DNA of 64,000 bases from an uncultured Verrucomicrobiae bacterium (GCA_963726745.1 CAVSDR010000003.1:960001-1024000); one strand, 5' to 3'; counted from the first letter of the stretch, positions 51,864 to 62,423 are shown. Notes: generated by a model not told the origin, from the letters alone. Translations and numbers: made by a program.

Positions 51864-52029
51864 TGACCTCCTCATTCGTCCGGCGCGCCGGCGGCTCGTT
51901 CTTTTCGATCTCGCCGCCGGGAAAAGTGGGCGGCGGTTTCGGTGGCCGATTCAATTTCTCTCCGAGCGCATCGTGCGCTTTCGCCGAGGGCGACGGCCCG
52001 TGGGCCTCTGGTTTTTCGGGGTTGCTCAT
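51853..52029 (-). CDS. Small Pro/charge-rich hypothetical protein (58 aa)
   Basis: Manual translation MSNPEKPEAHGPSPSAKAHDALGEKLNRPPKPPPTFPGGEIEKNEPPARRTNEEVNDL; overlaps the next start; below the ORF-track cutoff. Confidence 0.45.
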   Translation of the reverse strand: MSNPEKPEAHGPSPSAKAHDALGEKLNRPPKPPPTFPGGEIEKNEPPARRTNEEVNDL

Positions 52030-52133
52030 GTGGCGTTGCCTTCCACTGAGGAAACGCAGCCCGCCCCGCCCGCGGCCCTGTATCCCGCGGGCCGGTTCGC
52101 CTTCCTTCGCTGGTTAGGCTAAACTCCGCCCGC

Positions 52134-53348
52134 ATGTCGACCGAAACTATCGAGCTCCGCGGACACATCATCGATTCGCTTATTCTTCCCAAAGTGCTGG
52201 ATGAAATCCTGACCCGCGGCGCGGAATTCAAGATCGCCGAGATCCGCATCGGCCAGAATCGCGTCGACCAAAGCTACGCCCGCATCGAAGTCTCCTCCGA
52301 CTCGAGCGAGACTCTCGGCGAACTGCTCCTGCGCCTGCGCCAGCACGGCGGCGAAGTGCAGGAGCGCAAGGACGTGCAGCTCGCGCCCGCGCCGGCCGAC
52401 GGCGTTTTCCCCGAGGGTTTCTACGTGACCACCAACGGCCAGACCTTTGTGCAACTCAGCGGCCAGGAAGTCGCGGTCGAGTCGCCGATGATGGACAGCG
52501 GGATCGCGGTCGACGCGGCCGGCAAGACCGCGCGCACGGTGAAATTCAACGATCTCCGCGCAGGCGACCAGGTGGTCGTGGGCCAGCAAGGCATCCGCGT
52601 GGCGCCGATGCAGCGCGACACGACGCACACGAACGTGTTCCAGTTTAACAACAACGTCTCCGCGGAAACACCGAAGACCGCGATCATCCGCGAGATTGCC
52701 GGCGAGCTGCGCCGCATCCGCGAAAAGGACGGCAAAATCCTCGTCGTGGCCGGGCCTTCCGTGGTTCACACCGGCGCCGGCGGCTATCTCGAGAAGCTGA
52801 TCGAGCTTGGCTTCGTGCAGCGCTTCTTCACCGGCAATGGCCTCGCGGTTTACGATGTCGAGAGCGCTTTCTACGGCACCTCGCTCGGGGTGAATCTCGA
52901 GCGTGGCGCGCTCACCGACGAGAGCCACGACAACCACATGCGCGCGATCAACCGCATCCGCCAGGCCGGCGGGATTGCCGCCGCGGTGGAGCAGAAAATT
53001 CTCACGCGCGGGATCATGGCCGCCTGCGTCCGGCACCAGGTCGATCTCGTCCTCGCCGGCTCCATTCGCGACGACGGCCCGATTCCCGGCGTCATCACCG
53101 ACACGGTCGAGGCCCAGCGCGTCATGCGCGAAAAGCTCCGCGGCGTTTCGCTCGTGCTCATGCTCGGCTCGATGCTCCACTCGATCGCGGCGGTGAACAT
53201 GCTCCCGGCGAGCGTGCGCATGGTCTGCGTGGACATCGCCCCGCGCGTGGTCGCCCGGCTGACCAGTGCGCATCCTTTCCAGGCCGTCGGCCTGGTCACC
53301 GATGTGGAGCCGTTCCTGCGCGAGTTGCTCGACGATCTCGCTGGCTAA
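52134..53348 (+). CDS. TIGR00300-family protein (ornithine cyclodeaminase-like, C-terminal part of cyanobacterial ArgZ/AgrE)
   Basis: IELRGHIIDS, DGVFPEGFYVTTN, MDSGI, AGPSVVHTG, LAGSIRDDGPIP, MLHSI, GLVTDVEPFL. Confidence 0.85.
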   Translation: MSTETIELRGHIIDSLILPKVLDEILTRGAEFKIAEIRIGQNRVDQSYARIEVSSDSSETLGELLLRLRQHGGEVQERKDVQLAPAPADGVFPEGFYVTTNGQTFVQLSGQEVAVESPMMDSGIAVDAAGKTARTVKFNDLRAGDQVVVGQQGIRVAPMQRDTTHTNVFQFNNNVSAETPKTAIIREIAGELRRIREKDGKILVVAGPSVVHTGAGGYLEKLIELGFVQRFFTGNGLAVYDVESAFYGTSLGVNLERGALTDESHDNHMRAINRIRQAGGIAAAVEQKILTRGIMAACVRHQVDLVLAGSIRDDGPIPGVITDTVEAQRVMREKLRGVSLVLMLGSMLHSIAAVNMLPASVRMVCVDIAPRVVARLTSAHPFQAVGLVTDVEPFLRELLDDLAG

Positions 53349-53359
53349 TTCCTTTGTTT

Positions 53360-54167
53360 ATGCGCGAGCTTCTTCTCTGTCCGCCGGATCACTACAGCAT
53401 CCAATACGAGATCAATCCCTGGATGAGCCGCGCCCAGGAGGCGGACAAGGACCTCGTGATGCAGCAGTGGAAAAATCTTCACCGCGAACTCAGCGCGCTC
53501 GACACCAAGGTCCATGTGATCACAGCCGGACGAGAAGCTGCCGGACATGGTCTTCACCGCGAATGCCGGGCTCGCGGTCGGCCGCAAATTTATCCCGAGT
53601 AATTTCCGCCACGAGGAACGCTCGGGTGAAGCGCCGCTCTTCGCCGCCTGGATGGAGGAGCGCGGCTACGAAATCATCTGGCTGCCCAAGGATCTCTACT
53701 TCGAGGGCGAAGGCGACGCGCTCTTCGGCAACGACGCCCTTTTCTGCGGCTACAAATTCCGCACCGACATCAACTCCCATCGCGCGATCGCCGACTTGTT
53801 AGGCTGCCTCGTCATCTCGGTGGAGCTGGTCGACCCGCGCTTCTATCACATCGACACCTGCTTTTGCCCGCTGGGCGATGGCGGCGCGATGTGGTTCCCG
53901 CAGGCCTTCGACGAATACGGCCAGCGCGCCATCCGCGATCGGCTCACGAACTTGATCGATGTCTCCGAGGAGGAAGCGACCGTCTTCTGCTGCAACGCCG
54001 TCGTCCTCGAGCGCGACATCGTCCTCCCGCAAGGCGCGCCCAAATTAGTCGACAAGCTCACCGAGCGCGGCTTCACCTGTCACCCGCTGCCGATGTCGGA
54101 ATTCCTCAAGGCCGGGGGCGCCTGCAAGTGTTTGACCATGCACATGCCGCAGCGGCAGTCGGTCTGA
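53360..54167 (+). CDS. Amidinotransferase/DDAH-fold enzyme, ArgZ N-terminal arginine dihydrolase-like (apparent +1 frameshift near 53528)
   Basis: YEINPWM, PDMVFTANAG, FEGEGD, FYHIDTCFCPL, EFLKAGGACKC. Confidence 0.87.
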
Positions 54168-55938
54168 TCACCGTTCCCGCTTCCGCTTCGCCAAAAGCGC
54201 CGCCTCGATCTTCCCCAGCGGCAGGCAATTCATCACGTCGGCTTTCGTGAGCCAGCCTTTGCGCGCCACGCCCACGCCGAACCATAACTCCTGCAGCCGC
54301 TCGACCGCGTGCGCGTCGGGATTGATCACGCACTTCACCCCTTTCTCCTTCGCCAGCGGCCACCAACGCCAGTCGAGATCGAGACGCTTGGGCGCGGCGT
54401 TGATCTCGATCCACGTGCCCGTTTCCGCGGCCGCTTCCAGCACCGCCGGGATGTCGACCGCGTAGGGCTCGCGCCGCAGGAGCAGCCGGCCGGTCGGGTG
54501 CGCCAGGAACGTCACGTAAGGGTTTTGCATGCGCGCGGATGATCCGCTCCGTCATCTCCGCTTCCGGCAGGGTGAAAGCCGAGTGCACCGAGGCGACCAC
54601 GTAATCGAGCTCCGCGAGGAACTCGTCCGGGAAATCGAGCGAGCCATCGCGCAGGATGTCGCACTCCACCCCGGCAAAAATCCGGAAATCGCCATCTCGC
54701 TCGCTATTTAGCCGGCGAATTGTCGCCAGCTGCACGCGCAGGCGCGCCTCGTCCAGGCCGCGCGCCTGCACCGAGCTGCGGCTGTGATCCGCGATCCCGA
54801 GATATTGCAGCCCCAGCTCCTCCGCCGCGGCCGCCATTTCCTCGAGCGAATTGCGGCCATCACTCGCGGTGGTGTGGCAGTGAAACGTCCCGCGCAGATT
54901 TTCTTTCTCGAGCAACCGCGGGAGCGCGTGCTTCTCCGCGGCCTCGAACTCGCCGCAATTCTCGCGCAGCTCCGGCGGCACATAGTCCAGGCCTAACGAG
55001 CGGTAAAGCTCCGCCTCCTCGCGCACTTCTGGAATCGGCTCGGAGATTTTCGCCTTCCGCTTCGCCGCCGGGTCGACCGGCACCGGGCTGAGGCGATACT
55101 CGTTCAAGGTCCACCCGCGCTGGAGCGCGCGGTTTCGCATCACGATGTTGTGCTCCTTGCTCCCGGTAAAATAATTGAGCGCGAAGGGATACTCCGCGGG
55201 CGTGACCACGCGCAGGTCGCACTGGATCCCGGAGCGCAGGCGCACGCTCGTCTTCGTCGCCCCCGCGACGATGACCGACTCCACCAGCGGATGCCGGACG
55301 AACGCTTCCGAGATCGCCGCCGGCTCTTTCGTCGCCACGATGAAATCAAGATCGCGCACGATCTCCTTCCGGCGGCGGTAGCTCCCGGCGACCGAGACCT
55401 GGAGCGCGGCCTCGAGCGCGCACAGATCGTCGCGCAAAGTTTCCGCCTCGCCCGCGATCGCGCCGAGCTGGAAAGAGCCGACATGCTTCACGCGATCGGC
55501 GATCGCCTGCGCGAGCTTCTCCTGCGTGGTCTTGCCGAAGCCAGGCAACTCCGCGACGCGGCCGGAGTCGCACGCTTCCTTGAGCTGCGCGATCGAGCTG
55601 ACCGCGAGCTTTTCGTAGAGCGCCTTGATCTTCTTCGCGCCCAAACCCGGGAGGGTGAAAAGCTCGAGAATGTCCGCGGGAAATTCCGCGCGCAGCTGTT
55701 CGAAGATCTCCGAGCGCCCGCTTTCCGCGAGCTCGCGCACCACGCCGGCGATGCCTTTGCCGATCCCCGGAATTTTAGCCAGCGTCTCGGGATTTTGCAG
55801 GTCAGCCACGGTCCCGCCCCAGGTCTCGATCGAGCGCGCGGCGTTGGTGTAGGCGCGGATCTTGAACGGGTTCTCCGCCTTCAATTCCAGCAGCGTCCCG
55901 ATTTTTTCCAGAGTGTCGGCTATCCCCGCCTTGTCCAT
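54168..55938 (-). CDS. polX: DNA polymerase X with PHP exonuclease domain (apparent +1 frameshift near 54533)
   Basis: IPGIGKG, GSYRRRKE, RDLD, YFTGSKEHN, FHCHT, DHS, HPTGR, DAH. Confidence 0.93.
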
Positions 55939-55991
55939 GGGCTCATCGATAATCCGGGAATCGCTGCGCGTCGATTGTGCTACCGTCCCGG

Positions 55992-57056
55992 ATGAAATTC
56001 CGCCTGCTGGCCGCGGTGCTTTTCATGGCCGCGCTTTCACCCGCGCCCGCGGTCATCCTCTTCCGCACAGCCGATCCGGAAGCGAACACGACCGCGCCGG
56101 GCGGTGATCTTGCCGGCAGCGGCTGGCAATACGAAGGCCTCTGGGGAGGCTTTCTCGGCACGCCGATCGCGCCGCAATATTTCATCTCCGCAAAACATAT
56201 CGGCTTGCAGGGCGACCTCGTGTTTCAAGGTGCGACCTACCACGTCGTTGCGGCCTTTCCCGATCCCGCAAGCGACCTGCAAATCCTGAAAGTGGCGGAG
56301 ATTTTTCCGTCGTTCGCGCCGCTTTATAGCCGGCAGGATGAAGTCGGCCAACGCTTGGCCGAGTTCGGCCGCGGGACGCAGCGCGGCCCGGAGATTTTTC
56401 TTGGCGGGACGCTGCGCGGCTGGGCTTGGGGCGCGGGCGATGGCCGGATGCGCTGGGGCGAAAATCTCGTGAGCGCGATCTTCAGCGAGAACGCGGAGAA
56501 CGATTACCTCGTCTCGGCTTTCGACCAGAATGGGCTGCCTAACGAGTGCCACCTTTCGGCGGGCGACTCCGGAGGCGCGGCTTTCATCAACGATGCCGGC
56601 ATTTGGAAACTGGCCGGGATCAATTACGCGGTCGATGGCCCGCTCTACACCGACAGCGCGGGGAACGGCGCCTTCACCGCGGCGCTCTTCGATGCCCGCG
56701 GTTTCTTTGCCGAGGAGAATGGCAACTATGTCGAAATTACCGGTCCCACCGCGGTGCCGACATCGTTTTATCCCACGCGCATTTCACGCCGCCTGCCTTG
56801 GATCGCGAGCGTGCTCGCCGAGGGCCTCCTCACGCGGGAGGCGGATCGCATCGCCTTCACCTACACCCGGCTGCTGCTTCCGCCGACGGACTTGAGCTAC
56901 GCGCTCGAGCAATCCAACGATCTCCGCAATTGGTCGCCCGCCGCGCTCACCGAGGAAGTCCTCTGGAGCAACGCCTCGGTCGAGCGCGTGCGCGCCAGCC
57001 GCCCGCTGGCCGATGCCGGGCCGCTCTTCTTCCGGCTGCGCCTCAGCGCGCCTTAG
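55992..57056 (+). CDS. Secreted trypsin-like serine protease with C-terminal beta domain
   Basis: Signal peptide; ISAKH, SDLQI, GDSGG catalytic triad motifs. Confidence 0.8.
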   Translation: MKFRLLAAVLFMAALSPAPAVILFRTADPEANTTAPGGDLAGSGWQYEGLWGGFLGTPIAPQYFISAKHIGLQGDLVFQGATYHVVAAFPDPASDLQILKVAEIFPSFAPLYSRQDEVGQRLAEFGRGTQRGPEIFLGGTLRGWAWGAGDGRMRWGENLVSAIFSENAENDYLVSAFDQNGLPNECHLSAGDSGGAAFINDAGIWKLAGINYAVDGPLYTDSAGNGAFTAALFDARGFFAEENGNYVEITGPTAVPTSFYPTRISRRLPWIASVLAEGLLTREADRIAFTYTRLLLPPTDLSYALEQSNDLRNWSPAALTEEVLWSNASVERVRASRPLADAGPLFFRLRLSAP

Positions 57057-57073
57057 CAGTCGTTAGGCGCGGA

Positions 57074-57673
57074 TCACATCCGCCCGCGGCGCTTGTAGAA
57101 GTCCACCCGCGCGAGGATCGAGTCGACGTAATTGCGCGTCCCGGGGAAGTCGATGCTTTGGCGGAAATCCTCCGGCGCCAGAACCACGGAATCGTCGCCG
57201 CCGGCCCAGCGGATCGCGCGGCTGGCGCCGGCGTTGTATTCCGCGAGCGCGAAAGGCAACGGATCGCTCTGGTGCTTCCAATGCTGGAGCGCGCGCGCCA
57301 GATACCAGCTCCCAGCCTGCAGGTTCACTCGTGGATCGAAGAGCTCCTCCGCGCGAAAATCCTCCACCTTCGTCTCCCGGGCCCATTCCTGCGCGGCGCG
57401 CTCGGTCACCTGCATGAGCCCGCGCTCGCCCGCGCTACCGAACTTCCGCGGATCGAACCGGCTCTCGCGCCAGACGACCGCCTTCACCACCATCGGGTCG
57501 AGATGATGCTGCGCCGAGACTGCGGTGATGAGCGCATCCTGCCCCTGGAAGCGCGCCGGGCTGAGCCACTCGTGCAGCGTGTAGACCGGGTCGCCCGAGC
57601 GGAGGGCAAACATGGCCACCGCCGCGCCGGCCGCGAGCAGGCAACAGATCAGGAGTTTGAGAAAAAAACGCAT
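57074..57673 (-). CDS. Lytic transglycosylase (SLT domain)
   Basis: WRESRF, GLMQV, GSWYL, EYNAG, TRNYV; N-terminal anchor. Confidence 0.9.
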   Translation of the reverse strand: MRFFLKLLICCLLAAGAAVAMFALRSGDPVYTLHEWLSPARFQGQDALITAVSAQHHLDPMVVKAVVWRESRFDPRKFGSAGERGLMQVTERAAQEWARETKVEDFRAEELFDPRVNLQAGSWYLARALQHWKHQSDPLPFALAEYNAGASRAIRWAGGDDSVVLAPEDFRQSIDFPGTRNYVDSILARVDFYKRRGRM

Positions 57674-57704
57674 CGCGGAATCAATTCGTGGCGGCCCGGG
57701 CGTT

Positions 57705-57746
57705 GAACATCGAACATCGCACCGCGAACGTCGAATGCTGAACCCG
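57705..57746 (+). repeat. Degenerate heptamer tandem repeat spanning the priA start
   Basis: GAACATC GAACATC GCACCGC GAACGTC GAATGCT GAACCCG. Confidence 0.6.
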
Positions 57747-59970
57747 CCCCAATTCGCCCGCGTTATTCTTGATCGCGCGATTCACCGCGAGCTCGACTAC
57801 GCCATCCCGGAAAATTTAGCCGACCGGCTGAACATCGGCTGGCGCGTGCGGGTGCCTTTTCGCGAGCGCTCCGCGCTCGGGACGGTCGTTGGCTTGCTCG
57901 AGAAATCCGACGCGCAAGGGCTGCGGCCGATCGAGGCGATCGTGGGCGACGGCCCGGCGTTGAACGCCAAGCTGCTTGAGCTCGCGCGCTGGATGGCGGC
58001 TTACTATTGCTGCTCGATCGAGACGGTCATGCGCAGCCTCCTGCCGCAGGTCATCCGGCGCGCGGAGGTGAGCTTCAAGAAGCAGCTCTTCGTCGAGCGC
58101 GGTCGCGCGCCGACCGCGGAGGAACTCGAGAAACTCCAGCGCCGCGCCCCGCGACAGGCGGAACTTCTGGAGGCGGTCGGCAAATTAGCCAGCGCGATCG
58201 CCGCCGCCGATCTCCTCCGCCAAACCTCGCTCGATAACCAAACTCTGCGCGCGCTCGAGAAGCGCGGCTTCGTGCAATTGCGCGAGACCGCGGTCCGCCG
58301 CGACCCGCATGCGGACGAGCAATTCATCGCCACGAGCAATCTCGAGTTGAACCCCGAGCAGGCAATCGCGCTGGCCGCGGTCGAGCAGTCGTTAGGCGAT
58401 CCCGCGAATGCAAAGCCGCTCCTCCTGCACGGCGTCACCGGCAGCGGCAAGACGGAGATTTACCTGCAAGCCATCCGTTGGACGCTCGACCGCGGGAAGA
58501 CCGCGATCGTGCTCGTGCCGGAGATTTCGCTCACGCCGCAGACGGTCGAGCGCTTCAAGAGCCGCTTCGCGGAAGCGCCAGACACCGTCGCGGTTTTACA
58601 CAGCAAGCTCTCGGAAGGTGAGCGCCACGACGAATGGCACAAGATCCAGATGCGGCGCGGCGCGCATCGTCATTGGCGCGCGCAGCGCGATCTTCGCGCC
58701 GCTGGAAAACCTCGGGCTCATCGTGGTGGATGAAGAACACGAGACAACCTACAAGCAGGAAGAAGCGCCGCGCTACCAGGCGCGCGACGTCGCCGTGGTT
58801 CGCGCGAAACTCGAGGGCTGCGTGGTCTTGTTAGGCAGCGCCACGCCTTCGCTCGAAAGTTATTACAACGCCACCCGCGGGAAGTATCAGCTGCTCAACC
58901 TGACCCTGCGGGTGGACGACAACCAGATGCCGATGATCCGGATCGTCGATCTGCGGCTGGAATCGCGAAAGGCCAAGGGGCTCACGATCATCGGCGAAAA
59001 ATTATACAGCGCGATCACCGCGCGGCTGGAGAAGCGCGAGCAGACGATCCTGTTCCTGAATCGCCGCGGCTTCTCGACTTCGCTTCTTTGCCGCGCCTGC
59101 GGCGAAGCGCGGGAATGTCCGAACTGCAGCGTCGCGCTCACCTTCCACCGCACGGCCGCGCGCTTGAGCTGCCACCTCTGCGGCCACACCGCGACGGTGC
59201 CGAAGAAATGCCCGGCCTGTCATGAGGACGCGCTGATCTATTCCGGCTTCGGGACCGAGAAAGTCGAGGCGCACGTGCAGCAGATTTTTCCGAAAGCGGT
59301 GGTCAAGCGGATGGATGCCGACTCGATGACGCGCAAAGACGCCTTTCGCGACACCCTGCGCGCCTTTCGCGCGGGCAAGATCGATGTCCTCGTGGGCACG
59401 CAGATGATCGCGAAAGGGCTGCATTTTCCCAACGTCACGCTCGTCGGAATCATCAACGCCGATCTCGCGCTCCACTTGCCCGATTTCCGCGCGGGCGAGC
59501 GGACCTTCCAATTGCTCACGCAGGTCGCCGGGCGGGCCGGGCGCGGCGAGACGCCGGGCGAAGTTTTCGTGCAAACGTTCACGCCGTTTTCGCCCTCGAT
59601 TCAGTTTGCGCGGCACCATGATTTCGCTGGCTATTTCGAGCAGGAACTCGAGTTCCGGGAGCGCTGCGACTTTCCGCCGTTCAAGCACGCGGTCCTGGTG
59701 ACGATCCGCTCCGAGCACGAGGCGCGCGGGAAATTCTCCGCGGAAACGATCGCGCGCCGCCTGCGCGAGGCGCTCCCGGCGGAGTTCATCCTCGGCGAGC
59801 CGACGCCGGCGCCGCTGGAGAAATTGCAAAGCCAATACCGCTTCCACATCCTCCTGCGCGGCGACGCGATCGTGCGCCTGAGCCGGCTCTTGCGCGAGAC
59901 ACTCGACAAGCTGCCGCTGCCGGAAGACGTGATCGCCTCGGTCGACGTGGACCCGTATCAACTGCTCTGA
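57735..59970 (+). CDS. priA: Primosomal protein N' (apparent +1 frameshift near 58650)
   Basis: GVTGSGKTE, VPEISLTPQ, DEEH, SATPS, four CxxC pairs, GTQMIAKG, QVAGRAGR, DVDP. Confidence 0.96.
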
Positions 59971-61325
59971 GGCGGGGTGAGCGTCTGCGACTCCGCTACG
60001 ACTTCGCTCGGGACGGCGAGGTGGACGGTTTCGCCTTCCTTCGCGGCCGCGACCTCGAGCTGGCCGCCTTGTTCCCGCACGCGCTCGCGGGCCCGCTCGA
60101 CCATCGCGTCGACCTTTTCGTCGTGATGATCGGGATCGTGATGAAACAAGAAAAGCCGCCTTGCCTTGGCGCGCAGGGCGAGCTGCACGGTGTCGTCGGC
60201 GCAGGTGTGGCCCCAGCCGCGGCGCGCCGGGTATTCGATCGCGTCGTATTGCGAATCGGCGATCACGACCTCGGCGTCGCGCAGGAAATCGATCACCTTT
60301 TCGTCCTGGATGCGGGCGTATTCCAGGCCATGCGCGGAGGTCTCGTGGTCGGCTTTTTGCCGCTCCAGTTCGCAGCGCTCGTAGGCTTCGTGATCCGGCA
60401 GGTAAACCACGTCGCCGGCAGGAGTCGTTAGGCGATAGCCCAGGCAAATCCCGGGGTGATTGGCAAACATCGTCCGCACCTGGACCGCGCCCATGTCGAA
60501 CTGCATGTCGTTTAATTCCTCGAAGGTCAGGTGCGTCGCCATCTGGTGCAGGCCCACGGGAAAGAAAGCGCTCTGCATTTGCTCGAAGAGCGCCCCGCGC
60601 AGGCCGTGGACCGCGCCTTCGTAACCGAGGATGCGGATGTTTACCTTGGGATGGTAGGCCGGGACGAAGAACGGGAAGCCCTGGATGTGATCCCAATGCG
60701 TGTGAGTCACGAGCATGATCACCTCCAGTCCATCCGGCCCGATCTCCCGCATGAGCGCCTGGCCCAGCCGGCGAATTCCCGAGCCGGCATCGAGGATGAT
60801 GATCTGCCCGCCGACGCGCAGCTCCACGCAGGAGGTGTTGCCGCCATAGCCGGAAGTCTCGCGACCCGGTGTGGGAATGGAGCCGCGCACGCCCCAGAAG
60901 CGGAGCAAGGTCGGGCCCGCGGCCGTTGGCCTAACGACTGGTTCCGCGACCGCGGTCTGGCCGTTGTGGCCCGCGGCCTCGAGCATGCGCAGGAGTTCCG
61001 CGGGCACGATCGGCTTGAGCAAGTAATCATCCGTGCCCGCGGCGAAGGCGGTCTCGCGATCATTCGCAAAACGGCTCCCGCTGGTGAGCACCACGCGGGT
61101 GTGTGCGAGCGTTTCCTGCTCGCGAATGTGCCGGCAAACCTGGAAGCCATTCCGCCGCGGCGTGCGCAGGTCGCAGACGACCGCATCGGGCCGGTGCTGG
61201 TTGACCAACTCGAGCCCAGCCTGGCCGTTTTCCGCCTCGAAAATGAGCCACTCGCCCCCTGCGAGACACTCGCCAATGAGCGTGCGCGTGAGCGCGTCGC
61301 TATCGATCAGCACGAGCGTCTTCAT
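59958..61325 (-). CDS. Receiver domain fused to an MBL-fold metallohydrolase
   Basis: N-terminal REC; FWGVRGSIP, GGNTSC, THTHWDHIQG, WGH, FHHDP. Confidence 0.88.
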   Translation of the reverse strand: MKTLVLIDSDALTRTLIGECLAGGEWLIFEAENGQAGLELVNQHRPDAVVCDLRTPRRNGFQVCRHIREQETLAHTRVVLTSGSRFANDRETAFAAGTDDYLLKPIVPAELLRMLEAAGHNGQTAVAEPVVRPTAAGPTLLRFWGVRGSIPTPGRETSGYGGNTSCVELRVGGQIIILDAGSGIRRLGQALMREIGPDGLEVIMLVTHTHWDHIQGFPFFVPAYHPKVNIRILGYEGAVHGLRGALFEQMQSAFFPVGLHQMATHLTFEELNDMQFDMGAVQVRTMFANHPGICLGYRLTTPAGDVVYLPDHEAYERCELERQKADHETSAHGLEYARIQDEKVIDFLRDAEVVIADSQYDAIEYPARRGWGHTCADDTVQLALRAKARRLFLFHHDPDHHDEKVDAMVERARERVREQGGQLEVAAAKEGETVHLAVPSEVVAESQTLTPPQSS

Positions 61326-62423
61326 AGATTAGCCGACACTTTCTCGGCCTGGGGAATCCGCAGGGTGAAGCAATTGCCCACGGGCTCCCGCGCTTCGTAA
61401 AGAATTTCCCCGCCCGCGCGCTCCACCGCCGCGCGGCAAAATTGCAGACGCAAAAGCGAGGCATCGGAGCCCTCGGAGGACGCCTTCGAAAGCAGGCCGT
61501 CGCAGAGATCGGGCGGGAGCGGCGGCCCGTCGTCGCACAACTTCAAGGCCACGCTCTGTTCCTCCGCGCGCAGCTCGAAGCTGACCACGCCACCGGCCTT
61601 GGTGTTCGTTAGGCAAATTTCCAGGACGCTGCAAACGGCGCGGCGAAGGTGGTCGCCGCTCATGGCCACGCGCGTGTCCGGCGGGGTCTGATCGGAGACC
61701 GCCAGCCGCGCCGGCTTCTCCCACGCGGCCGCGGTTGCGCTTGCGGCGCGCACGATTTCCGCGAGCCCGCAGGCCGGCGGGGAGTCCGCGCTTTGCCCGT
61801 AGAGCGTTTCCAGCTCCGAGCGGAAGACGGTGAGGATGCGATGAATCAGCGCCTGTTGATCGGCCGCGGCGCGGGCGGCCAGGCTGAGCAGCTGGCGAGT
61901 GCGCGGCGGGTGGTTGTTCTCCAATTCGAGGAGGCGCAGCGAGGTGATCAAGTTCCCGAGCGCGGCGGTCATCTGCTCGGCGATCCAGCTCAAGAGCACT
62001 TCTTTTTTGCGCGTCTCGCTGTTTAAACGCTGGAGCGCGATCACGGTCTCGCGCGCGGTCTGGAGCATCTGCCGTTTGGTCTCGAAGGCTTCGCCTTGCC
62101 GTTCGAGCAGGAGCACGGCGGCGCCGCCGACCCGGAGCGCGCTCGCTTCCAGGGTAACCTCGCGGCCGTCGGGCGCGGTCTCGATCCACGGGCCGGATTG
62201 CACCCGCAGCTCGCTGTCTGTTTGCCAGCATTCTCGGGCGTCGATCAGGAAATTTTCGAGAAACGGCGAGGCCTGCGCGACCGGCAGCTCGCCCGTCGTT
62301 TTGCAGTTGCGGCCAGAGCGCGCGGAGCCAAGCGGGCGGGTCGCCCTGCAGCCGGAGCGCGCCATCCTCGGCCTGGTGAAACACCGCCAGGCCGAGGGCG
62401 GTGAGGAGATCGTGCGCCGACAT
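61322..62423 (-). CDS. Degenerate histidine-kinase-like protein (apparent +1 frameshift near 62293)
   Basis: N-terminal SPFLENFLIDA...SGPW domain, coiled coil, HATPase-like DDGP; no H-box His; N and G2 boxes degenerate. Confidence 0.65.

Larger units (their letters stand above)
712..61337. repeat. Second dispersed iterated word WWWTAGCCRRC / GYYGGCTAWWW
   Basis: About 30 copies of WTAGCCRRC by manual count, both orientations; positions listed in findings. Confidence 0.75.

Noticed and set aside
1903..62423. Frameshifted genes as pseudogenes or programmed frameshifts
   Set aside because: They hit unrelated and essential genes, resolve as single-base insertions, and show no shared slippery site or nonsense decay; sequencing error is simpler.
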